DNA of 64,000 bases, taken from positions 10,168,001-10,232,000 of the forward strand of contig JBHGNT010000022.1 in the NCBI GenBank assembly GCA_043228905.1. Direction: 5' to 3'. How positions within the stretch are numbered: position 1 is the first letter of the stretch; every line of letters begins with the position of its first letter. This DNA is from Azolla caroliniana (lineage: Eukaryota; Plantae; Polypodiophyta). The notes below the pieces were generated by a model. The model was not told where the DNA came from, did not search any database, and saw only the letters and a list, made by a program, of their open reading frames with translations. The position numbers and the translations under genes are program-made. Shown piece by piece: positions 50,425 to 62,877 of this stretch.

Positions 50425-52559
50425 CAAGGGTCGGATGGTGGATTCGACGTACAAGGTACTGTCTCACAGGCGTGCCATGTGTTACCGGCCAGCAAAGGAG
50501 TCTAGAGTGTGAAACGGAGGAGTTATATAATTATTAGGAATGGTTGTAAGTAAGCTATGAGTGTGGACGGACGGACCGGAATCGGTATGCCGTTCCGGAT
50601 CCGGACCGATCCCGAACAAGTGCGGATGGCACCGTTTTGTACTACAGACCGGAAACCTATTTAAAGGCCCGGTTACAATGTAATGAGCAGCGGTTAATTA
50701 ATAAAGCTTAGTGTTTTTACCTCTCTGTGTTAATTGTCGTTCTGCATTCATTGTTATATCTTATGCGTGTGATTATTAAAGACGATCTTGCTAAGTAACC
50801 TAATTAAGTCGGATTAATCGTTAAGTCTAATCCTATTGCCGTAACACCCCTTTGGTGAAGTGTCTTCCGTAGACACCCTGTGTTAGGCCATTGTCCGGCC
50901 CTAAGAGTTAACACTCTTCTTCGAGTTCACCATGTAGGAATGTCATCTTGACGTCCAATTGCTCCACCTCGAGGTCCATGCTTGCCGCCATGCTCAACTC
51001 CGTTAGGATGGATGCCATCTTTACTACCAGGGCAAAGATCTCATCGAAATCCACTCCTTTCTTCTGTTAAAAACCCTTCACCACGATCCGGGCCTTATAC
51101 CTCGATGGATTTTCGGCGTCTCTCGGTTTCAGCTTGTACACCCACTTGTTCCGGAATGCCCTCTTTCCTTTTGGCAATTCCGTCAATTCGTATGTGTGGT
51201 TCTCATGCAGGGAATCCATCTCATCATGCATGGCACTCAACCACTTCCAGTTGTGGGTGTCTTTCTTTGTTTCTTCGAAGCTTTCCGGCTCCCCTTCATC
51301 GGTCAGCAATACGTGGTTTGCATCCGGAAATCTCCGGGATATCTTCTTCCTTGGTTCTCGTCCACCGATTCCTCCGTTTGTTATTCATCCGAATCCGATT
51401 CGGGGTCTTGTCCGATTCTGGTGTCCTGATCTTCTTCTTCTTCTATTGCTTCGATCTCTTGTCTGACTCCGGCTAGTTCTTCGAGTGTTATCCTGCTTCC
51501 AGCTGGATGGGTCCCGTCGGTCGATCTGGAGTCCGCTATCTTCTTCTTCTACTCCCAGTCGACAATAGTCTTCTCTTCCATGAAGACTATGTCTCGACTC
51601 CGGAACACCTTCTTTTCGACCAAGTCCCACATTGGGTATCCAAACTCATCATCGCCATATCCAAGGAATATGCATGGCCTGGACTTTGGATCCAACTTGG
51701 CTCTCTTGTCCTTTGCAACATGCACATAAGCGAGACAACCAAACACCTTTAGAGACGTCTTTACCGATCCATACTTTCTGCGGTGTGTCTCCTTCCAAGG
51801 GTGCTAAGGGTTATCTGTTAATCACGTACGTCGATGTCATTAGCGCCTTAGCCCAAAACCTCTTCGATAACTTTGCATGTGCTAGCATGCTTCAGACTCT
51901 CTCAATTAGGGTATGATTCATCCGTTTAGCTAGCCCATTCAATTTTGACATCTTTGGCATGGTGAATTCGAGTCGGATTCCCTTCGACCGGTAGTACTCC
52001 TCGAACTGGCCCCAGTATTCGCCTCCGTTATCTGCTCGAACCTCCTTTACGTTCAGGCCGGTTTCCCTTCCCACTCTCGTGTGGAGCTCCTTGAAGACAG
52101 ACAACACCTGATCCTTCATCTTCAATGGTGAGACCCACAACTTCTGGCTGTGGTCGTCTATGAACGTCTTAAAGTACTGCGATCTGGCATGTCACTTTCT
52201 GTCCACTTCACACACATTGGTATGCATCAGCTCCAGTGGTGTATTCCGTCTCATCGGTGGTCTTGACCGGAAGGAGGTTCAGTTTTGCTTGCCGGCCAAG
52301 CAATCAGTGCACTTCTCAAGATGCACGTCTTTCACCTCCGGAATGAGGTTATCTCCAACAAGTCTTCTCATCCCCTTCTGGCTCATATGACTGAGTCTCT
52401 TGTGCCCTAGCTCACTGGCATTGTCAAATTCTATGTTCACTTCTTCATCTGTTATCTAGGCGGGCATTAAGTACAATGTGTTGATCTTTCGGGCTTGAGC
52501 CACGATCAAGCTTCCGTTCTGGATGCTACCCTTGTAGCCTTCATCATCTAGCCGACCAA

Positions 52560-53377
52560 TGTCGTGTGAATCTTCACACACTATGTAAAAAAATAATGAA
52601 ATAATTATTTTAGATTAGATTAGTAGCTTGTTATAGAAATATGGATGTACTCAAGAGCTTCAAAACACATTTTACTACATACAAAATACACAACTACATA
52701 TCAAGTTAGGTGGACATGAAGCTTGACGAGATAGGGAAAATAGAATTTTGAAGTATCCCACGTAGATAGGAAACTTAAGGCCCTGGCTATATAAGCACAT
52801 TGAGATCCCTCATTTTTCATTTGTGCTAAGAGCACTTTGGCCACTTTGTCTAGATGGATGAATGTGGCCAAGTTCTCAAAAACCGACTGGCAATAAAATG
52901 GAATCGGCCGGAAAGCGAACCGGAACCGGTTGGTAAGCAATCCGGAAATGGCCGGTAAGCAAATTGGAACTGGCCGGTAAGCAATCCGGAACCGGACGGA
53001 AAGCAATCCGGAATCGGCTTGTAAGCAATCCGGAACTGGCCCATAAGCAATCCAGAACTGGCCGGGAAGCAAACTGGAACTGGCCGGGAAGCAATCCGGA
53101 ATCGGCCGGAAAGCAATCCAGAACCGGTCGGTAAGCAATCCGGAACCGGCGAAATCGGCAATCGGATGGTGTCGGAAACCGGGCAGATCCGACAACCGGC
53201 GATCGGACGGAACCAGTGATCGGGCGGAATTGGCGACCGGACGAGGCTGGACGCGGACCGGATGGATTGGATGGGCAACCATCGAGACAGACGGATGATT
53301 GGATCATGTGGCTAATTAAAGTAAAGTAAAGAAAAGTAAAGTAAAGGTCATGTGGACGGTCACATGCAACTAAAAGA
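52560..53377 (+). mobile_element. 5' part of a TGTCGT-family LTR with a ~22-bp tandem array (~52900-53160)
   Basis: Starts TGTCGTG; shares CACTTTACTACATA and ACATAGATAGGAAA-like blocks with the 4817 LTR; AAGCAATCCGGAACTGGCCGGT-type units. Confidence 0.75.
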
Positions 53378-56300
53378 TGTTGGGAGACAGGTCCCTCCGG
53401 ATGGGAAGGGAGAAGATCAGTGCTGATGAACAAACTCGGCCGAGGCCGAAACCGGATGAGGAGTACTCGGCTACGGAGAGCCGGATGGTGCAGACCCGGT
53501 GAGAACCGGATAAGGAGTACCCGGCTACATAGAGCCGGATGGTGTAGACCCGGTGAGAACCGGATGAGGAGTACCTGGCTACGGAGAGCCGGATGGTGAA
53601 GACCCGGTGAGGAGTGCTCTCCGGATGAAGAGACATATTCGTAAATATGTTTCTGAGAATCCATCATGGCTATATTTGTAAATAGCCGAAAAGTCATATT
53701 AGTATAAATATGACTTACGGCAAACTTTTAGTTGTTGTTGTCATTCTTGTTGCTGCAAGCAGAGAGAGAGCGTGTAACTGTGTACAGAGAGAGAGAGAGA
53801 GAAAGAGGTCGTTGCCTCTGTTGTAACCGCCGCCTGTGGCGAGGATCGTGAGCATGAGGTTGTTGCCTCCGTGAACTCACTGTTGTACATTCTAACATAG
53901 TGATAGTTTGCAGCCTGTGGGCTGCCGTGGTTTTTCCCTTAGTTTGGGTTTTCCACGTAAACATCCTGCGTACTCGTCTCTTCTTCGTGTCGTTCATTAT
54001 TTCCCGTTTTCTGTGTATGATTCTAAGCTCGGTTGTGGCCAAGCGTTGCGTATAGGGAGCGTGCAGTTCCCGTCAAGTGGTATCAGAGCAAAACGACACA
54101 GAAAATGGACGAATCGTTTGGCGGCATGTTCAAGCTCACCGGCTCCAACTATTCAGTGTGGAAGTCGAAGATGAGGGACATGCTCGTGGTTAAAGATCTT
54201 TGGTTACCGGTTCAGTTCGGGGACAAGAGACCGGACAAGATCGACGCCACAATATGGGAGGTGATGCACATGAAGACAATGGCGTACATACGGTGCTTCA
54301 TTGACATGAGCCTATACAACAACTTCAATGAAGAGAGCAATGCTCATGAACTCTAGGAGAAGATCGGCATTCTGTTTCAAAACAAAAATGTTGTTAATCA
54401 GGTTTCGGTATTCCGGAAGCTAGTAAGACTCCGGTACCAAGATGGCTCTAGCATGGCGGAGCACATGAATGCCTTCCAAGGGCTGATCCACCAGGCAACT
54501 TCATTGGAAGTACCTCTCACCAATGAGGTACTAACGCTACTCCTGCTGGGTTCCCTCCCGAATAGTTGGGAGACGTTGGTTATCACTTTGGGCAACGTCG
54601 GGCCGGAAGGAAAACGGTTATCCCTAGCAAGAGTAAAGTCGAGCTTGCTAGATGAGGAGGCGCGTCGGAAACATAAAGATACGAGCTCCGACTCCAAAGC
54701 GCTCCTTACCGAATCGGAACGCGGAAGACATAGAAACTGTAGTCCCCAGAACCGGGAGAAGTCGGGGACACGGTCAAAGTCAAGAGGAAGGCCTACTTGC
54801 TTCTATTGTGGCAAGCTAGGACACTTCCAAAAGAACTGTCGGCATGTCCGAAAAGACAAGGAAACCGACGGTACCGATTCGAAGCGGACCCCGGACCGGA
54901 ACGGTAAAGACCGGAGGGGGCTAGACCGGAAGGGAACAACGGCAATCATGGCAAGTGAAGGAGAGTTGATGCTCATCACCGAGGAGAGTGAGATAAACCT
55001 TGACGGCGACGAGATGACCTGGGTGGTAGACTCCGAAGCGTCATTCCACCTTACCCCGGTCCGGAAATGCTTCTCATTCTACGCAGTCGGTGATCACGGC
55101 TGTGTCCGGATGGGGAATGAAGGTACATGCTGAATTGTCGGCATACGAGACGTGTGGTTGACAACACCAACCGGATGCAAGTTGCTGCTGAAGGATGTCC
55201 GACACATTATGGAGGTTCGTCTGAACTTGATATCATCCGGTCGGCTAGATGATGAAGGCTACACGGGTAGCATCCGGAACGGTGTCATGAAGTTCAGCAA
55301 AGGGAGCCTGATTGTGGCTCGGGCCCGGAAGGTCAACACACTGTACCTGATGAATGCCCGGTTATGTCCGGAAGAAGTGAACATGGCATCCAACACTGCC
55401 GGTGAGCTGTGGCACAAGAGGCTGTGTCATATGAGCGAGAAGGGGATGAAGAGGCTTGCAGACGACAACCTCATTCCAGTGAAGAACGTGCACTTGGAGA
55501 AGTGCACTGATTGTCTGGCCGGTAAGCAGAACCGGACCTCCTTTCAATCAAGGCCACCGATGAGACGTAATGCACCACTGAAGTTGGTGCATACGGATGT
55601 GTGTCAAGTAGACACGAAGTCACATGCCGGAGTGCAGTACTTCGTGACATTCATAGATGACCACAGCCTTAAGCTGTGGGCCACACCGTTGAAGACGAAG
55701 GATCAGGTGCTATCCGTCTTCAAAGAGCTCCACGCGACAGTGGAAAGAGAAATCGGCTGGAAGCTGAAAGCGGTTCGAGCAGATAACGGAGAATAATACC
55801 GGGGGCAGTTCGAGGAGTACTGCTGCTCGAGGGGAATCCGGCTCGAATTTACTGTGCCGAAGACGCCGGAACTAAACGGGGTGGCCGAGAGGATGAACCG
55901 GACCATAATGGAGAGGGTCCAGAGTATGCTGGCGCATACAAAACTACCCAAGAAGTTTTGGGCTCAGGCACTATCGACGGCACCATATGTGATAAACAGA
56001 TCACCCTCAGTACCCTTGGACGGAGACACGCCACAGAGAGTCTGGACCGGTAAGGAAGTGTCCTACCGGCATCTGAAGGTATTCGGGTGTCTCGCGTACG
56101 TGCATGTGGCTAAGGACCGGAGAGGAAAGTTAGATCCAAAGACCCGGCCATGCATATTCCTCGGTTATGGCGACGATGAGTTCGGCTACCGAGTGTGGGA
56201 CCTGGTCGACAAGAAGGTATTCCGGAGTCGAGATATTATCTTCATGGAGGACAAGACGCTCGCCGACTGGGAGTCGGAGAATAAGATAATGAACTCTGAG

Positions 56301-58519
56301 TCGACTGGTAAGGACCGATTCTGCGATGAGCAAACCCAACCGGTAAGAGACCGGTTAGCACTCGAGGACCCAGCTGGTGAGGATACCAAACCGGCAGAAG
56401 AAGAAGTAGAGGAAGCTGAAACCGGAACCGGCCAAGACCCCAAATCAGATTCGGATGAAGAGAAAATAGAGGAGCCGGTTACGGAAGCCCAGAGACGGAG
56501 ATATCCTCTAAGAGAGAGAAGGCCCCCCCGGAGATTTCTGGATGCAGAGCATGTGCTTCTAACCGATGAGGGGGAGCCAGAAAGCTTCGAAGAAGCGAAG
56601 GATGACACCCACAACCGCAAATGATTAAGTGCCATGCAGGATGAGATGGATTCCCTGCATGAGAACCATACGTACGAATTGGTGGAGTTACCGAAAGGAA
56701 AGCGGGCACTCCGAAACAAGTGGGTGTACAAGTTGAAACCGGGAGATGCCGGCAACCCCCCGAGATACAAAGCCAGGATCGTGGTGAAGGGGTTCCAGCA
56801 GAAGAAGGGCGTGGACTTCGATGAGATATTTGCCCCGGTAGTAAAGATGACCTCCATCCAGACGGTGCTGAGTATAGCGGCAAGCATGGACCTCGAGGTA
56901 GAGCAGCTAGACGTGAAGACGACATTCCTTCACGGTGACCTCGAAGAGGAGATCTACATGCAGCTATTGGAAGGATTCGTGGAGAAAGGGAAGGAGCACT
57001 TGGTTTGCCGGTTGAAGAAGAGCCTGTACGGACTGAAGCAGGCTCCCCGACAATGGTACCAAAATTTTGACTCCTTCATGACCGATCAAGGGTACCACAA
57101 GACGCAAGCCGATCATTGCGTGTTTGTGAAGAAGTTCGAAGGAGGCGACTTCCTGATACTCCTTCTGTACGTGGACGACATGTTGATCGTGGGACGGGAC
57201 CAAGTCAAAATACAGATGTTGAAGAAGGCCCTCAATTGGACCTTCTCAATGAAAGACTTGGGTCCGGCAAGACAGATGTTGGGGATGCATATTATCCGGA
57301 ACCGGTCAGCGAAGCAATTATGGCTGTCACAGGAGAAGTACGTGACAAAGGTGCTTCACTGGTTTAACATGTCAGATGCGAAACCGGTCAGATCAACACT
57401 TCCGGCAAACTGCAGGCTATCCGGTAAGCAAAGCCCGAAGACGAAAGCAGAGAAGGCAGATATGATGAAGATTCCATATGCCTCTGCCGTCGGGAGCTTG
57501 ATGTACGCAATGGTGTGTACCCGACCAGATATAGGATACGCAGTCGGAGTTGTGAGCCGATTTATGAGCAATCCCGGCAAGGAGCATTGGAATGCGGTCA
57601 AATGGATACTCTGGTATTTGAAGGGCACTTCACATATGTGTCTCCAACTCGGCTTCGGAAAACCTCAACTTGACGGTTTCACCGATTCGGACATGTCGGC
57701 TGATGTGGATACCAGCCGGTCTACATCCGGGTATGTACTGACATATGTAGGGGGAGCTGTTTCGTGGCAGTCGAGGTTGCAAAAGACGGTTGCATTGTCA
57801 ACCACGGAGGCGGAGTACATGGCAGCTGTGGAAGCCGGCAAGGAAATATTATGGATGAAGGACTTCATCGGAGAGCTCGGTATCCAGCAAGATGAATACT
57901 GACTCTATTGCGACAGTCAAAGTGCCATCCATCTTGCTAAGAATGCGGCCTACCATTCCCGGACGAAGCATATCCAGCGAAGATATCATTGGATCCGGGA
58001 AAGAGTAGATGACCAGGAGTTCGCACTGACGAAGATCCACACTGCCGAGAATGGGTCAGATATGCTGACCAAAGTGTTGATACCCGACAAGCTGGATGCA
58101 TGCCCGAAGAAGATCGGACTAGTAAGACACCCCATGTCGGAGTGAAGGGGGAGTTTGTTGGGAGACAGGTCCCTCCGGATGGGAAGGGAGAAGATGAGTG
58201 CTGATGAACAAACTCCGCCGAGGCCGATTGGCCGAGGCCGAAACCGGATGAGGAGTACCCGGCTACAGAGAGCCGGATGGTGCAGACCCGGTGAGAACCG
58301 GATGAGGAGTACCCGGCTACGAAGGACCGGATGGTGCAGACCCGGTGAGAACCGGATGAGGAGTACCCGGCTACGGAGAGCCGGATGGTGAAGACCCGGT
58401 GAGGAGTGCTCTCCGGATGAAGAGACATATTCGTAAATATGTTTCTGAGAATCCATCATGGCTATATTTGTAAATAGCCGAAAAGTCATATTAGTATAAG
58501 TATGACTTAGGGCAAACTT
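53378..58519 (+). mobile_element. Ty1/copia element A; 5' LTR 53378-54075, PBS-Met 54078, gag-pol 54105-58145 with nonsense codons, truncated 3' LTR 58156-58519
   Basis: LTR pair with 54-bp x3 internal repeat, PBS, PPT, all copia domains. Confidence 0.93.
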
Positions 58520-61500
58520 AAACGAAGTTATTGAAGACTTGGTTGTGGCCGAGCAATATTCTGCGCTTTTTTCTTCGATCTGGTATCAGAGCAAACAACA
58601 CAAGAAATGGAAGAATCGTTCGGCGGCATGTTCAAGATCACCGGCTCCAACTACTTAGTCTGGAAGTCAAAGATGAGCGATATGCTTGAGGTTAAAGATC
58701 TGTGGTTGCCGGTTCAGTTTGGGGACAAGAAACTGGATAAAATTGACACCACAATGTGGGAGGTGATGCACATGAAGACGACGGCATACATCCGATGCTT
58801 CATCGACATGAGCCTGTACAACAACTTCAATGAAGAGAGCAAGGCTCATGAACTCTAGGAGAAGATCGGCATCATGTTCCAGAACAAGAATGTCATTAAT
58901 CGGGTTTCGGTATTCCGAAAGCTAGCGAGGCTCTGATACCAAGACGGCTCCAATATGTCAGAGCACATGAATGCCTTCCAAGGACTGATACACCAAGCAA
59001 CCTCGTTGGAAGTACCTCTCGCCGATGAGGTACTCGCATTGCTCCTTCTCAGTTCCCTCCCGGATAGCTCGAGGGACTGATAAACCGATCCAAAGGCCTT
59101 GGTCACGGAAGATAACCACAACCAAGGAAGAGGCCGGTATCGAAGTCCCCAAAACCAGGACAAGTCGGGGACGAGTTCGAAGTCCAAGGGTAGGCCTACT
59201 TGCTTCTAGTGTGGGAAGTCGGGGCACTTCCAGAAGAACTGTCATCATTTCCAGAAAGAGAAAGAAACTGGCACCACCGATTCGAAGAAGAATTCAAAGC
59301 GAAATGGTTCGGACCGGAGAGGCCCGGATCGGAAAGGAACGTCGACGATTGCGACAACGAAGAGGAGCTGATGCTCGTTACCGAGGAGAATGAGTTAAAC
59401 CTTGTCGGCGACGAGACACCGTGGGTTGTCGATTCCAAAGCATCGTTCCACCTGACACTAGATCGGAAATGCTTCTCATTCTAGACAGTCGATGATCATG
59501 GTTGTGTCTGGATAGGGAATGAAGGTACATGCCGAATTTTCGGCATAGGAGATGTGTTGTTGACAACACCAACCGGATGCAAGTTGTTGTTGAAGGATGT
59601 CTGACACATTCGGAGGTTCGACTGATGAAGGATACAAAGGTAGCATCCGGAACGGAGTCATGAAGCTCTGCAAAGGGAGCCTAATAGTGGCTCGAGCCCG
59701 AAAGGTCAACACATTGTACTTGATGCATGCCCGAATATGTCGGGAAGAAGTGAAACTTGCATCCGACACTACCGGTGAGTTGTGGCATAAGAGACTGTAT
59801 CATATGAACCAGAAGGGGATGAAAAGACTCATTGAAGACAATCTTATTCTGGTGAAGGACGTGCAACTTGAGAAGTGCACCAACTTCCTGGCCAGCAAGC
59901 AAAACCGAACCTCCTTCCAGTCAAGCCCACCGATGAGACATAATGCACCACTAGAGTTGGTGCATACCAATGTGTCAAGTGGACACGAAGTCACTGGCCT
60001 GATCGCAGTACTTCGTGACATTCATAGATGACCACAGCTGGAAGCTGTGGGTCTCACCACTGAAGACGAAGGATCAAGTGTTATCCGTCTTCAAGGAACT
60101 CCACGCAAGAGTGGAAAGGGAAACCGACCCGAAGCTATAGCCGGTTCGAGCGGACAACGGAGGAGAATACCAGGGACAGTTCGAGGAGTAGTGTCGGTCG
60201 AAGGGAATCCGGTTCGAATTTACCATGCCAAAGACGCCAGAATTGAACGGGCTAGTAGGACGGATGAACCGAAACATGATGGAGAGTGTTTGGAGCATGC
60301 TGGCACATGCAAAGTTACCCAGGATGATTTGGGCTGAGGCGCTGACAACAACAACCTATGTGATAAACAGATCACTGTCAGTCCCCTTGGACGGAGACAC
60401 ACCGCAAAGAGTATGGACCGGTAAGGACGTGTCTTACCGGCATCTGAAGGTGTTCGGGTGTCTCGCATATGTGCATGTAGCAAAGGACAAGAGAGCAAAT
60501 CTGGATCCGAAGTCCTGGCCATGTGTATTCCTTGGATATGGCGATTATGAGATCGGTTTCCGGGTGTGGGATCTCGTCGACAAGAAGGTGTTCTTGAGTC
60601 GAGACATAGTCTTCATGGAAGACACAACCATCGCCGACTAGGATTTGGAGACAAACGTGATAAACTCCGGATCATCCAATGAAAACCGGCTTGAGGACAA
60701 AAGGACATACCTGGTTGAAAACCGGATGTTAGCCGGTAACCGGATGACACTCGACGAACCGGCCGGATACGAACAAGAAACCGAACCGACCGAAGAAGAA
60801 GAAGAAGAAGAAGACACTGAAACCTGACAAGATCCTGAATCGGATTTGGATGAGGAACAAACGGAGGAACCGGTTGTTAGAAACCAGGGACGGAGATATC
60901 CTCTCCAAGAGAGAAGAGCCCCCCAGAGATTTCCGGATGTAGAGCATGTGTTGCTAACCGATGAGGGGGAGCCGGAAAGCTTTGAAGAAGCAAAGACAGA
61001 CACCCACAACCACAAGTGGTTGAGTGCCATCCGCGATGAGATAGATTCCCTATATGAGAACTACACATATGAACTGAGGTAGTGGCCGAAAGGGAAGAGA
61101 GCACTCCGGAACAAGTGGGTGTACAAGCTGAAACCGGGAGATACGGGAAATCCACCGAGGTATAAGGCGATCGTGGTGAAGGGCTTCCAGGAGAAGAAAG
61201 GAGTGGATTTCGATGAGATCTTTGCCCTGGTAGTAAAGATGACATCCATCTAGACGATATTGGGCATAGCAGCAAGCATGGACCTCGAGGTAGACCAATT
61301 GGACGTCAAGACGACATTCCTACACAGCGACCTCGACGAAGAAATCTACATGCGTCAACCGGAAGGATTTTAGAAGAAAGGGAAGGAGCACCTGGTGTGT
61401 AGGCTGCTAAAGAAGGCTCTAAATTGGGCCTTCTCAATGAAAGACTTGGGGCCGGCAAGATAGATATTGGGAATGAACATCATCCGGGACCGGTCGAAGA

Positions 61501-62877
61501 AGCTGTTGTGGTTGTCACAGGAAAAGTACATGACAAAGGTGCTCCAAAGGTTCAACATGTCGGAGGCGAAAGCGGTCGAATCGACACTTTCGGAAAATTG
61601 CAAGTTGTCTGGAAAGAAAAGCCCGAGGAAAAAGGCGGAGAAGATGGATATCATGAAGATACCATATGCTTCTGCCATCGGGAGCTTGATGTACGCGATG
61701 ATATGTACCCAACCGGATATCGGATATGCACTCGGAGTGGTGAGCCGATTCATGAGCAATCCCGGAAAAGAGCACCGGAACGCAGTCAAGTGGATACTCC
61801 GGTATCTGAAAGGCCCCTCGAGTATGTGTCTCCGGTTCGGCTCCGATAATCCCCAACTTGACGGATTCACGGATTCGGATATGTCGACTGATGCGGATAC
61901 TAACCAATCCACCTCCGGATATGTCATGACTTATGCAGAGGGAGTTGTATCATGGTAGTCGAGGTTGTAGAAGATGGTTGCGTTGTCAACCACGGAGGCG
62001 GAGTACATGGCAGTTGTGGAAGCTAGCAAGGCGATAATCTGGATGAAGGACTTCATCGGAGAGCTAGGGATCCAATAGGAGGAATATCGGCTCTACTGCG
62101 ACAGTCAAAGTGCCATCCACCTTGCAAAGAACCCGTCCTACCATTCCCGGACGAAATATATCTAGCGGAGGTACAACTGGATCCGGGAGAGAGTAGAAGA
62201 TTAAGAGTTCGTGCTGACGAAGATCCACATGGAGGAGAACGGGTCGGATATGCTGACCAAGGTGCTGACAACCGACAAGCTGGACGTGTGCTGAAAGCGG
62301 ATCGGGCTGGTGAGACATCCCATGCCGGAGTGAAGGGGGAGATTGTTGGGACATCGGTCCCTCTGGATGGAATCCGGTGTTGAATGAAGACGACCTGGTG
62401 AGAACCGGAAGTGAAGACATATTTGTGAATATGTTTTGAGTAAGCCTATTGAGGCTATATTTGTAAATAGCCCTAAGTTCATGTAAGTATAAATATGACT
62501 TAGGGCAAACACTTTGTGATTATTGTTTTTTGTTGTTGTCATATATTGTGTATAACTATTGTACGGAGAGAGAGAGCGAGAGAGGAGATACGGAGTGATA
62601 TTTTGTTGTAACCACCGCTTGGCGAAGAAATAGAGCTTGAGGTTGTTGCCTCCGAGTCTCTAACTGTACCTTTCTCATATAGTGTTAGTTCGGAGTGTGT
62701 GGTCTCCCGTGGTTTTTCCCATTTAGGGTTTTCCACGTAAACATCCTGTGTACTCTCTTTTGGTGTACATGTATTCATCTCTATTCTCATTTCTGTGTTT
62801 AATCCTTAAACGAAGTGATTCAAGACTCGGTTGTGGCCAAGCAATATTCAGTGCTTTTCTGTTCGTCGTCTTCGGCA
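58520..62877 (+). mobile_element. Ty1/copia element B, degenerate; 5' LTR remnant 58520-58580, PBS 58581, gag-pol 58607-62333, 3' LTR 62344-62877
   Basis: 58520-58570 matches 62808-62860; internal deletions in gag and RT; many stops. Confidence 0.9.

Larger units (their letters stand above)
40398..50913 (+). mobile_element. Full-length non-chromovirus Ty3/gypsy (Phygy-like); LTRs 40398-40831 and 50480-50913; TSD CTCTT; tRNA-Arg-type PBS TGGCGACCAC
   Basis: Paired 434-bp LTRs, TSD, gag-pol, extra 3' ORF; lineage name is an inference. Confidence 0.93.
27892..52559 (-). mobile_element. Degenerate Ty1/copia hosting three insertions; pieces: 3' LTR ~27892-28403, RNase H 28404-28960, RT 39741-40397, integrase/RT 50914-52559
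   Basis: Reading continues across TSDs ACTTG and CTCTT; LLLYVDD, EAEYVA, RADNGGEY; PPT GAAGGGGGAGTT before TGTTGGG at 28403. Confidence 0.9.

Noticed and set aside
52900-53610. Regular CCGG-rich repeats as a CRISPR-like array
   Set aside because: Units are contiguous degenerate tandem repeats (22 bp and 54 bp) without unique spacers, inside LTRs of a eukaryotic genome
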